A stretch of DNA of 62,048 nucleotides, counting the filler, from Vannella sp. (lineage: Eukaryota): assembly GCA_023345925.1 (NCBI GenBank). It is 5 parts of 5 records of this genome, joined end to end, with 100 filler letters (N's around TTAATTAATTAA, not from the genome) between each part and the next. Parts side by side here need not be neighbours in the genome. Positions count along the whole stretch, not along the records: positions 1 to 12,226 come from JAJQQN010000350.1; 4 more parts are not named here. One strand, written 5' to 3'. Numbering within the stretch: position 1 is the stretch's first letter; each line of letters opens with the position of its first letter. The translations under genes were made by a program, and so were the position numbers. Of the stretch, positions 1 through 9,367 are shown piece after piece. The notes below the pieces were generated by a model, which worked only from the letters and a program-made list of their open reading frames with translations, did no database searches and had not been told where the DNA came from.

Positions 1-115
1 GTCTGCCAACATCAAGAACCAGTGAAGGCCCCCATGCAACAGCAAGGTAGCACAAAGTACTATCACCGCACCCGCCACTTTCATTGCTTGCCCAAGAATG
101 GAAGACAGCGTCTTC

Positions 116-160
116 GCATTTCCCCTTGCATTTCCCTTGCATTTCCCTTGCATTTCCCCT
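116..160. repeat. Short tandem repeat GCATTTCCC(C)TT x4 upstream of the bZIP gene
   Basis: Four consecutive 11-12 nt units read directly. Confidence 0.85.
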
Positions 161-221
161 GGACACGTCATTGCTGCTCCTTTTTGGGGACCAATGAGGA
201 CCTTTCTCATTTCTTCTTCGC

Positions 222-1391
222 ATGGACTTTGGAGCTGATGCGTTGGACGCACTTCTACGGGACGTTTCGGAGGTCTCGTGGGACGGGTTCTTGGATCTTC
301 CGTTGAGCTGTTCTTGGGGGGAAGGGTTTCACTCAAACCCTTTGTCGCCTTCTGTGGGTCACTTGGAGTTGGATTTAGGAGGCTCATCCTCTTTACAGCC
401 AGCAGCTCCTTCCTTCATGCTTCCCAACAAAGCGTTGGAGCTGAAGCTCTCATCTGAAGAGTACGACAGACACATTAGCGAGCAGTTGCGCCTTTGTGGG
501 CCTCTCAATCCTTCTCAAACCCTTCGTGTGAAGGAGCAGCGCAAACGGATTAGGAATAGGGAGGCTGCGAGCACCTCTCGGATGAAGAAAAAGTCCACAA
601 CAGGCTCACTTGAGCAGGACAACGCCAGGCTCAAGGACGAGAACTCCACCCTACACGCTCTCGTTGCACAACTTAGCAAGGACGTTGAGATGTGGAGAGA
701 ACGGTGTCAGCAGCAAGAGAAGAACTCTCCAGCCCAACAGAATCCATCCCCTTTGCTTCCGTTGCACCCTCGATATCCAACACCCTCTTCACAGTCCCTT
801 GTCCACCCACCCAAAAGAGAAGAGGAACCTCGCCCAAGTCCTCTACAGGAGCCACTGGAAGGTCCCGTGCGACTGTGGCGAATCAACAACCGCCCAATGT
901 CGCACACTGTCCCTGTTCTCTTCACTTCCTTTGTGATTCTCTTCACGGTAGCCTTCTTCCTGCCTTTCTTTGGAACTCCTGAGTCCCGCATAGCCCTTCT
1001 ACCCCCTTCCAACGGGGTCTCTTACAATCCCCACGCCGGGGGACCAAAGGCGGCGGCCCCTCGCTTCCATCCTCCACCTGTAAGAAGAGGGATTCTAACG
1101 ATTCAAGACCAAGCCAACGACAGCCTCGCTCTTGTGATAGAGGACGAGGAGGACACCCCGACTGTCGAACCCGTCTGGACGGAAGCGGCCTTCCACCTCG
1201 ACGACCTCACCAGCGTGCTCCTCATCCAATCTCTTGGCGACCTCCATCACACTCTCGACGCCTCTTCCTTTGGAGTCATCGATCTGATCCTCCCTTCCGA
1301 TGAGCCCGAAAGCTTCGTTTTGGTATCCTCTCAAATCCTCTCCGCCCGGCCCATTTCTTTTCCTTTTCCTGGAGGAATAGAAGTTTTGTAA
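222..1391 (+). CDS. Membrane-tethered bZIP transcription factor (ATF6/CREB3/bZIP28-like)
   Basis: Basic region KRIRNREAASTSRMKKK plus leucine zipper; hydrophobic segment VLFTSFVILFTVAFFLPFF; RRGIL (RxxL) after the TM. Confidence 0.85.
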   Translation: MDFGADALDALLRDVSEVSWDGFLDLPLSCSWGEGFHSNPLSPSVGHLELDLGGSSSLQPAAPSFMLPNKALELKLSSEEYDRHISEQLRLCGPLNPSQTLRVKEQRKRIRNREAASTSRMKKKSTTGSLEQDNARLKDENSTLHALVAQLSKDVEMWRERCQQQEKNSPAQQNPSPLLPLHPRYPTPSSQSLVHPPKREEEPRPSPLQEPLEGPVRLWRINNRPMSHTVPVLFTSFVILFTVAFFLPFFGTPESRIALLPPSNGVSYNPHAGGPKAAAPRFHPPPVRRGILTIQDQANDSLALVIEDEEDTPTVEPVWTEAAFHLDDLTSVLLIQSLGDLHHTLDASSFGVIDLILPSDEPESFVLVSSQILSARPISFPFPGGIEVL

Positions 1392-1422
1392 TTTTGGGCG
1401 AGTTGGCGGGTTTTCATTTTGG

Positions 1423-4400
1423 ATGGAGGACGGAGGCGATGGCGGGTTGGGGAAACGTCCGAGCCTCGACAGTCTTGAGGAGGAGGAGCAGCAAAGGAAG
1501 AAAGCTCGAGGGGGAGAGTCACTGGGCTTGGACTCGGGTGCTTTGAATGGATCTCCTGATGGGTCTTTGGGGATCGGCTTCTTTGTCCAGCTGAAGCTTG
1601 TGGCGAGCCAGGATGGACCTGAATACACGTACAGTGGAATGTGCTCTTCTACAAAGGAGGATGGGGCCACTCTCATCTCTCTGCGATCACTCCCAGGGCA
1701 ACCTCTTCCTGCATTTCACTACGAGGACGCTGGCATCCTTCTGGTGTCTTTCCCTGCCTGGCCAAAGAAGGGGAATCTCTCACTCACGATCAATAAGAGC
1801 GACGTCAACTTTTGCGAGTGCGAGGAGGCGTACGAGTTGAGCATGGAGGGAGAAAACGTCCAAGAAACCTTCACAGTCCCTTGCTCCCGCACTCACTACG
1901 TCCGCCTTCTATTCACAGGGAGAGTACTCGGTTCTGTTGAGTGCCTTCTTGAGGAGAAACCAACAGATTCTTCCCAACCAACGGGAGACCATTTATCGAA
2001 TTTATCTTCCTCAAAAGTTGACACTTTGGAGTCTGCCTACTCGCCTGGCGACTGGGCTGACTTCTTGTCTGTCCCACCTACGGATGAGCTCTTGCCCAGT
2101 GATCTGATGGCGGTTGACCCTCGATTGGACTTTCTCTCTGGAGATGCAGCTGAAGAGGAGAATCCTTCAGAAGAGTTGACAGCACTTCCTGGAGACGCTG
2201 ATGGCATCTCATTCAGTATTAGAGCTCCCATCCAAGATAGAGTAACACGGCCGCCACCAAATGTGATATGCTTAGATGACTCTGGAGATCTTACAGAGAT
2301 AGTAAGCCAAATTCATTCGAGTACTTCGTTCGGCTATCCCAGTCACCCGACTCTGAAGTTTTCTGATCCTTTAAGGGGACTTTCTGCTGAGGATTTGAAT
2401 CGACCTTGGGATTTTGATCTAAAACAGGCCAAAAAAGAGGAAAATGAGGAGGAAATAGTGGCGATTCTTTCTTCTGATGAGCAACAGGAGCTCTCAGTGG
2501 CTCGGGCCCTTGAGGAACAGAAGGAAAATCAGCTTGTTTTCACTCCCTACATCCCTCAGAGAGTTCCGATGCACTGCGAACACCCCGCAAAAATTGTAGA
2601 GTCCACTACATTGGCTGGAGCCAAGCTACCAGAGCTTGACTACGAAGAAAACTTACCCGATTGCTGCACAAAGATGCAAAACGACTCTGTGCTCTCTGCA
2701 GTGCAACTGGAGACCGTCAAGTTTGTTGGATTGAGACATTTAACCATTCTGAACGGAAGTGGAGAGAGGGCTGGTTACTTCATTGGCGATGGCACTGGCG
2801 TGGGCAAAGGGCGTCAAATTGCAGCAATCATTGCTGACAACTATCTCAAGGGTCGAAAGAGAGCTATTTGGGTGTCTGCAAGCTCATCCCTCCTCCGAGA
2901 CAGTCGCAGAGACCTTGACGATGTGGGAATGCAGAAATTATCCATCTTTCCTCTACCACCTAATGACAGAGCTCACGAATTGAACAGTGAAGGAGTTCTC
3001 TTCGTGACATACAGCATGCTCGTGGGCAAAGGAAGCAAAAAGAACAAGCTCACTCGATACCAGCAAATCTTAGAGTGGGTTACTGGAGGAGAGGACGGCT
3101 CACTCTTCCAAGGCGCCCTTATCTTCGATGAAGCTCATTTTGCCAAAAGTTTACAGCTTACTGGCGACACTGCGACGGCAAAGGCTTCAATGACAGCTCG
3201 ATTAGTGAATCAGATCCAAATAGACTTACCCTCCGCACGAGTTGTCTACGTCAGCGCAACAGGAGCCTCTGACCCAAAGCACATGGCCTACATGCGGCGG
3301 TTGGGACTTTGGGGACCAGGCACAAGTTTTGTAGATTTCAACAAGTTCCGTTCTGCTATTGGAGACTCTGTTGCTGCCATGGAGATGGTGGCGATGGAGA
3401 TGAAGAGTCTCGGCATGTACTGTACCCGCCATCTCTCCTTTGAAGGGACTACGTTCGACCTCGAGAATCTGACTCTCAATGGGGCTCATCGTGCAATGTA
3501 TGATGCTTCAGCAAGGTGGTGGCAGCGGCTTATTCAAGAATATGAGAACGGCTACGAGCGAATGGAATGCGTTGGGTCCGGTTGTCGTGGCTTTGACTCG
3601 GCCAAAGTCCGCAAAGTGTCAACAGCAGTGTTGTGGGGAGCACACCAGCGCTTCTTTTTGCAGCTTTGCATCGCCACAAAAGTAAATGAGTGCGTCCGCA
3701 TCACTAAAGAGGCGCTGGAAACAGATCACAGCGTTGTGATAGGCCTTTTTACAACTGGGGAGTCATCTCTTGAAGAGACCCTTTCAAAGTGCTCAGACCA
3801 CGAAGAACTTCTCTCAGCGCCTCTCTTACTAGCCAAGTCATTTATGGAAAAGTGGTTTCCAGCGTATCACCAAGTTTCTGGGATCGTCTTGGACGATGAC
3901 GAAGTGCCAGACGGTGAGAAAGTTGATCTTTTCCCTAATGCTCGTCAATTGGACCTTTATGAAAGTCTGATGAAGGAGCTTGAGCGCATCCAGTTGCCTG
4001 ATAACCCATTGGATGAGCTCATCCACCGGCTTGGTGGTCCCAAGATAGTAGCTGAGATTACAGGGCGCTCACAGCGTCTGATTTTGAATCCAAAGACCTG
4101 CAGCTTTACAGCTTCTGCCCGTCGCCCAAAGATCGATAACAACACGGAATGCAGCGCTTTTATGGATGGAAAGAAGCGAGTGGCAATCATTAGTGAGGCT
4201 GCTTCGACTGGAATCTCACTGCACGCTTCCATCTCGTGCAAGAACACTCAACGCCGCATGCATATTATCTTGCAGCTTCCCTGGTCTGCAGAGAAAGCAG
4301 TCCAGCAGTTAGGAAGGACGCATCGCTCATACCAAAGCTGCCCGCCTCATTATAAGCTTCTTATTACTGAGTTAGGTGGCGAACGGCGGCTAGCCTCCGT

Positions 4401-5880
4401 TGTGGCTATGAGGCTTGGAGCTTTGGGAGCTCTGACATCAGGGGACAGGCGCGCCACCTCTGCATGCGAAGCAATGTCCGAGTTTGTTATTTCCTCTCGT
4501 TATGGGTGTGAAGCCATCAACTTCCTTGGGGAGATCGTAGAGCGGAAGCTCAATCCACTCAACGATTTAGAGGATGCACCGCTAGCTTTAGAAGAAGTGG
4601 CCCTCAGCAAGGCAAAGGAGTTAGGTGCAATCGAAAGGTCATCCGCAACTCGCTCGATGGAGCGAGTTAAACGCTTCCTCAACCGGCTTTTGGGTCTGGA
4701 AGTGGAGGATCAACGCATCGTTTTTGCCATGTTCATCGAGCAGTATGACCAAGCTGTCCTCCAAGCCCAGATGAAAGGAACATACGATGATGGAATCTAC
4801 GATGTCATGGGGGAGATGTTGAATGATAAGAAAGTGATTTACACGCATCCCAGTAATCCTTCTCAGCAAACCTTTAGCAACGAGATCTCACTGCTTCGTG
4901 GTGTCCCTTGGGTAGAAGCTCAGAGATTACTTCAAACAGCTGATGCTGCTCGTGGTAAACGAACAACTATTAGTGTGGATACGGATTCAGAGAATTCTGA
5001 CCACGAGACTGCTGCAAATCCAAATGAGCCTCATTGCCAACAGTATTTGGCGAACGGATATTATGAAAACACTCGCTCGCACCAGCTTGTTCTCGCACTT
5101 CAACAGCAGGACGACCTTCGCAAGTACCACGTGGTCCGGCCGCACTTAGGTCATCAAACGATGCCACGATTCCACTCTGAACTCAAACGGTGTTATCGTC
5201 CTATCCCACTGATGATAGCCAAGGAAAGATGGGGTCAGAACTACCAGCAAGAGGTGAAAGGTTCTGTTGATCGCCGCAAAGACATCACCGCAATTATCAG
5301 CGGATCCATCTTACCCACTTGTCAGATTCTCCGAGAGCACATTGGCAAAGTCTCAGACGAAGATCGAAAGCCAAAGTTGACAATTGTCCGGGCCCTTTGC
5401 TCTTCCAAAGGAAAGTTTGAGCGATTGGTGGGGCTAATGGTACCGATAGACAATATGACTCACTTACTTCGTACATTGAACGAGCATGAGCAGAAGGGCT
5501 ACCTTGATCTCCAGTTCCAAAGGCTTATGGACAAATTGGAACCTGCTTACAAGGAGCGTGGGGTCAAATTTATCAAAGAGATACCAGTGAAGATTCTCAA
5601 GTCTTACTTGAACATTTATTCATCCACAGTAACCCTCGAAGAGGCTCTTGCAGCTGTGAAAGGATACATCGAGAGAGAGCAAAGTCTTTTCAGACACTTA
5701 CAGCATAACTCAAGTTCAAATATGTTCCAGCGCAATTGGGGGAAGCTTCAGCAGTATCCTTCTGCGAAAAGCTATCTCGAAGGAGTCGTCAAGATGGAGC
5801 CTGGTCGAGTTGTTTCAGATTTCTTTCGAGACCTTTCTGCAGCGGAGTCTGCTGCATTTGCCCGATTCCAACCAACATAA
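1423..5880 (+). CDS. SBNO: Strawberry notch-family SF2 helicase-like protein
   Basis: GDGTGVGKGRQIA, FDEAH, YVSATGAS, LGLWGPGTSF, LPWSAEKAVQQLGRTHRS, FLNRLLGL; single 1485-aa ORF. Confidence 0.93.
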   Translation: MEDGGDGGLGKRPSLDSLEEEEQQRKKARGGESLGLDSGALNGSPDGSLGIGFFVQLKLVASQDGPEYTYSGMCSSTKEDGATLISLRSLPGQPLPAFHYEDAGILLVSFPAWPKKGNLSLTINKSDVNFCECEEAYELSMEGENVQETFTVPCSRTHYVRLLFTGRVLGSVECLLEEKPTDSSQPTGDHLSNLSSSKVDTLESAYSPGDWADFLSVPPTDELLPSDLMAVDPRLDFLSGDAAEEENPSEELTALPGDADGISFSIRAPIQDRVTRPPPNVICLDDSGDLTEIVSQIHSSTSFGYPSHPTLKFSDPLRGLSAEDLNRPWDFDLKQAKKEENEEEIVAILSSDEQQELSVARALEEQKENQLVFTPYIPQRVPMHCEHPAKIVESTTLAGAKLPELDYEENLPDCCTKMQNDSVLSAVQLETVKFVGLRHLTILNGSGERAGYFIGDGTGVGKGRQIAAIIADNYLKGRKRAIWVSASSSLLRDSRRDLDDVGMQKLSIFPLPPNDRAHELNSEGVLFVTYSMLVGKGSKKNKLTRYQQILEWVTGGEDGSLFQGALIFDEAHFAKSLQLTGDTATAKASMTARLVNQIQIDLPSARVVYVSATGASDPKHMAYMRRLGLWGPGTSFVDFNKFRSAIGDSVAAMEMVAMEMKSLGMYCTRHLSFEGTTFDLENLTLNGAHRAMYDASARWWQRLIQEYENGYERMECVGSGCRGFDSAKVRKVSTAVLWGAHQRFFLQLCIATKVNECVRITKEALETDHSVVIGLFTTGESSLEETLSKCSDHEELLSAPLLLAKSFMEKWFPAYHQVSGIVLDDDEVPDGEKVDLFPNARQLDLYESLMKELERIQLPDNPLDELIHRLGGPKIVAEITGRSQRLILNPKTCSFTASARRPKIDNNTECSAFMDGKKRVAIISEAASTGISLHASISCKNTQRRMHIILQLPWSAEKAVQQLGRTHRSYQSCPPHYKLLITELGGERRLASVVAMRLGALGALTSGDRRATSACEAMSEFVISSRYGCEAINFLGEIVERKLNPLNDLEDAPLALEEVALSKAKELGAIERSSATRSMERVKRFLNRLLGLEVEDQRIVFAMFIEQYDQAVLQAQMKGTYDDGIYDVMGEMLNDKKVIYTHPSNPSQQTFSNEISLLRGVPWVEAQRLLQTADAARGKRTTISVDTDSENSDHETAANPNEPHCQQYLANGYYENTRSHQLVLALQQQDDLRKYHVVRPHLGHQTMPRFHSELKRCYRPIPLMIAKERWGQNYQQEVKGSVDRRKDITAIISGSILPTCQILREHIGKVSDEDRKPKLTIVRALCSSKGKFERLVGLMVPIDNMTHLLRTLNEHEQKGYLDLQFQRLMDKLEPAYKERGVKFIKEIPVKILKSYLNIYSSTVTLEEALAAVKGYIEREQSLFRHLQHNSSSNMFQRNWGKLQQYPSAKSYLEGVVKMEPGRVVSDFFRDLSAAESAAFARFQPT

Positions 5881-6037
5881 CAACACGTGAAGATACTATA
5901 AACATTAAGTGGTTCTTTTACTAGCCAACATTGAGTTTCAGCAATGGCCAAGCCTGTCTCCCCTCCACCGATTGGAGACTCTCCGAGTTAGTGTGAGCAA
6001 TAATCAACCACATAATGCAAATGGCCAGAGGGTTCCG

Positions 6038-8310
6038 TTATCCCTGAAGAGCTTGGATCTCTTGAGAGTAGGAGAAGATCTTCTGTTGAAGATTGGCGTT
6101 TTGGGAGGAGAGAGATCCGACAACGCCACAAAGGGACCCGATTCTGCCTTGCAGCCCACTTGCCCTTTGTTGCTTTGATTCTTTGTTCCCTGCAAGTTGA
6201 AGCTCGTGCTTAAGTCTTTCTGAGGTTGCTTCAGCCTCTTCGCGACCCTTTCTAGCTTCTGCAATGAGCTGTCGCAATTCTTGCACTTCAGGGTTGTTCT
6301 GGACAGTTTCACTTCCTCGGATAGTGGCCGAGGATGGTCCCACTCTCTTCTTTTTCCTTCGCTCAGGCCTGGGAGGGACTGTCACGTTCTGGACTGCTTT
6401 CATTTGAGCAACAGATTCCCTTTTACTCTCCTCAGGAGCGCTGGCATTTTCTTCAATGAAGGTAGTGAGCGGTCTCAGCCACTTGCGCTTATTCAACTGG
6501 GTGGGGAAGGTGAGAATGATTCGGTCCTTCCCAATCTCCACCAAATCGAGTTGATGCTTGAATTCTGCTCAAGTTGTGAGTGTTTTGAAGCGGAAAGTGA
6601 GTCGAACTCACGTTCTGAAGGCGGGAGATCCGTAACAACAGCCAAACTTAAAGGGATCATTCGATAGGCAGTAAGCTTTCGGTCATTTGCCTTGGTGGAG
6701 CCAGTTATCTCACACAATAGGAGAGCGTCATTGAAGAGATAGGCCATTTTCTTCTCTCCAGCAACAGCAAGCTCCCCTTCCATATGATAAGTGCGAGTAG
6801 GATCTATAATTGGCCAAATCTTGCCGTCCCAATGAGTGAAGGACACCAATACGAGAGGGGACTACTTACTCGGCCATTATCGATAGCGTTGGAGATGGAC
6901 ATCAGTTTGACAAGGTTTTCCACTTCCCTCACACGGTTATTCACCTCGTTGACCACAGTACGGATCTCTTCTAGTGCCTGTTGCATGGCCTCTTGCTCGG
7001 CGGGGGCAATCTGCCCCTTTTGGATCTCCTTCAGCAAAAGGGGATATTTGCATAGGCGCTGAAGAGGTACAATAAGGAAGCTCTCCAAGTTGAGCTTACG
7101 ACACTCCGGGCGCTTGAATGCAGCTTTGACGAACTTGTCGAGTGCCGGATTGTTCGCTTGATACTCCATCAAAGTAGTTCGCACGTTGGGCTGATTGGAG
7201 CAATAAATGGCATAAGGCCGCTTCATATCCTTGGCAAACCGAAGGAAGATCTCACCCACATTGGCATTCTCCCCTTCCAGTTCGCTAAGAAGCCTCTGGT
7301 TGGTCTTGAGAATCGTTTCGATATTGGAGAAGATTGAGACAATCTCAAACTTGTTCAGGAGCTTCTCATTCCTAATGGGGTGAAGGTAGATCTTGGTAAT
7401 CGGTTAGAAAAAGGGAAGTCGGAATGGACATTCTGTCTGAGAGACTCACTTGGATAACAACCTCGCTTATGTCTCGGGTGAACTCTCGCTCAGTGTTAAT
7501 GAGCTCTTCTAGAGGGTTAGTACTGATAGAAGAGAAAGATTTAGCTGCTGCAGAAGCTAGGATTGGCGCTGTTGCCCCGGAAGTCGAAGGAATCTCGGAA
7601 GCTGTTGGAGGAGGTTGAATGCGGCTCTGCTGTCCTTGGACTGGAGTTGATGGCTGTCTTGAGATAGCATCCTGACTGAAGCTAGAAGGTGAAACTCCCC
7701 GGCGGGAGCCCCGCTGAGATCCTCGTCGCGGCACACCTGGAGGAGTGTCAAGTTTATCGGTCGAGGCCCGCGGCAATGGGACTGAGCCTGTGTTCTGTTC
7801 TTGAAGACAGCTAGCTGATTGGGGTATAGCGGGACTACCTCGTCCGCGAGGGGGTGTCGCCGAGTGGGAGGTTGGAGTGAGGGGAGCCATCGACATAGGC
7901 CTTTGGAGGCTTGGGGAGGGTCCACGCACTGATCCTGCACGGATAGGAGGGGATCCTCTACCAGATTCACCGCGAGTAGCGCCTCTGCCAATGCCTGGAG
8001 TGGGAGATTGCCCCCTTCCACGTACGATGTTGGGACCATTTGATAGTCGACCTGGCTGGAGTCCCGCTGAGGTAGCAGAGTCCCTTTCTTCCTCCTGCTT
8101 TAGGAGTTCCAGAAACTGGTTGTGGTCCAGGCAGATGAAGGACTGAAGGCGGCTATTCTGAAGCTCCTCCGCTCTCACGCTCGGTGACCTCATCTGCGAG
8201 AGCTCTTCCGAAGAGAATATCTTCACAGCACTCGGTTGTGGCGCTGGTGCTTCAGACTGAGGGCGATTCACCCTCGTTGCTCTCGTGGGACCGCCCGCCC
8301 TCGTCGCCAT
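6038..8310 (-). CDS. RhoGEF (DH-PH) with Pro/Ser-rich N-terminus and C-terminal coiled coil; spliced
   Basis: ELINTEREF, IFSNIE, YCSNQP, LESFLIVPLQRLCKYPLLLKEI (DH); YLFNDALLLC (PH); first intron 7449-7392. Confidence 0.88.
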
Positions 8311-8769
8311 CCCAAAAATGGTTGGATTTGACCCTCACTTGTGGATTCGCTTCATAAATCATAAATCATGCTAGCACGATTTATGGTTGGCGAACAGATC
8401 TTTATCCCGTTTTCCTCATTTGTTTGACCAATCAGGAGGGCTGAAATGGTGTTTTCTGTGTTCTGATTGGCTAACGAACCTTGATCGCTCTGTTGCTGTT
8501 AACTCTTTGGGAGAGGTTAAAACTTTCATTCCCAGACAGGTGAGGGGTTTCTATTGCAGATTCCTCTCAGGGTGCACAAGGGGACTGGTCTGGATACTCT
8601 GCACCCCAATCAGCCAATCTATGAGAGGAGGAGAAGGAGGAGAGTAAGATGAGCAGGAAAGTGTAAACTAGTTTAGAATGAACAGCTGGCACACAGCACA
8701 GACTACGTTCATCTGCCCGATTCAGAGGAGAGAAGCAGTTCTTCTTCCCCTCGTCATCAGGCGCTTCTT

Positions 8770-9252
8770 CTAAGATTCGAAGAGGTAAATGTGAAACCTC
8801 TGGCCATCCATCGCTCTCACGTCAAAGAGGACACATCTCTGTGAGTGGTGAGGGACATGGCGCAAACCCCAAGGAGGGTTGGGCGGGGGCAATGGGAGGG
8901 AAAACTGGGTGTCCCAGTGTTCTTGCATAAAGGGATTGTCTTGTTGGACACTGGCCCCGATGTAAGGGACGTCAGCCTCTCTTGAGGCGAAGTTGAGGTG
9001 GCGGACAAACTCGGAGCTTGGGAAGCGCGCCACGATCTCGACCAATGCTTCCATCATTTCAAGAGCACTTGCAAAGTGCGCCTGCGGGAACCAAAGGGCA
9101 ACAAGTGCAAAAGCGTAAGCACGGTCAATGAACAACACCTGTCCAGGAGGGGCAGTATCAGGTTCAAACTTTGCAATGGCTGAATGTCCAGAAGAGTCAT
9201 TATCTTGAATAGAGAGAAGGCCGATGAGGCGTGTGTCCTCGTCCTCGCTCAT
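8770..9252 (-). CDS. Hypothetical protein (~160 aa)
   Basis: ORF with globular-looking composition; no motif recognised. Confidence 0.45.
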   Translation of the reverse strand: MSEDEDTRLIGLLSIQDNDSSGHSAIAKFEPDTAPPGQVLFIDRAYAFALVALWFPQAHFASALEMMEALVEIVARFPSSEFVRHLNFASREADVPYIGASVQQDNPFMQEHWDTQFSLPLPPPNPPWGLRHVPHHSQRCVLFDVRAMDGQRFHIYLFES

Positions 9253-9367
9253 CAAACCGAATGAAAAAAGAAGTCGCGAAACTTTCGTACAAAGACCTAT
9301 TAATAGGAGCCAATCATTTGGTACTCAATCGAAGGCGAGGTAGAAGCTCGACAATTGTAGTATTTAT

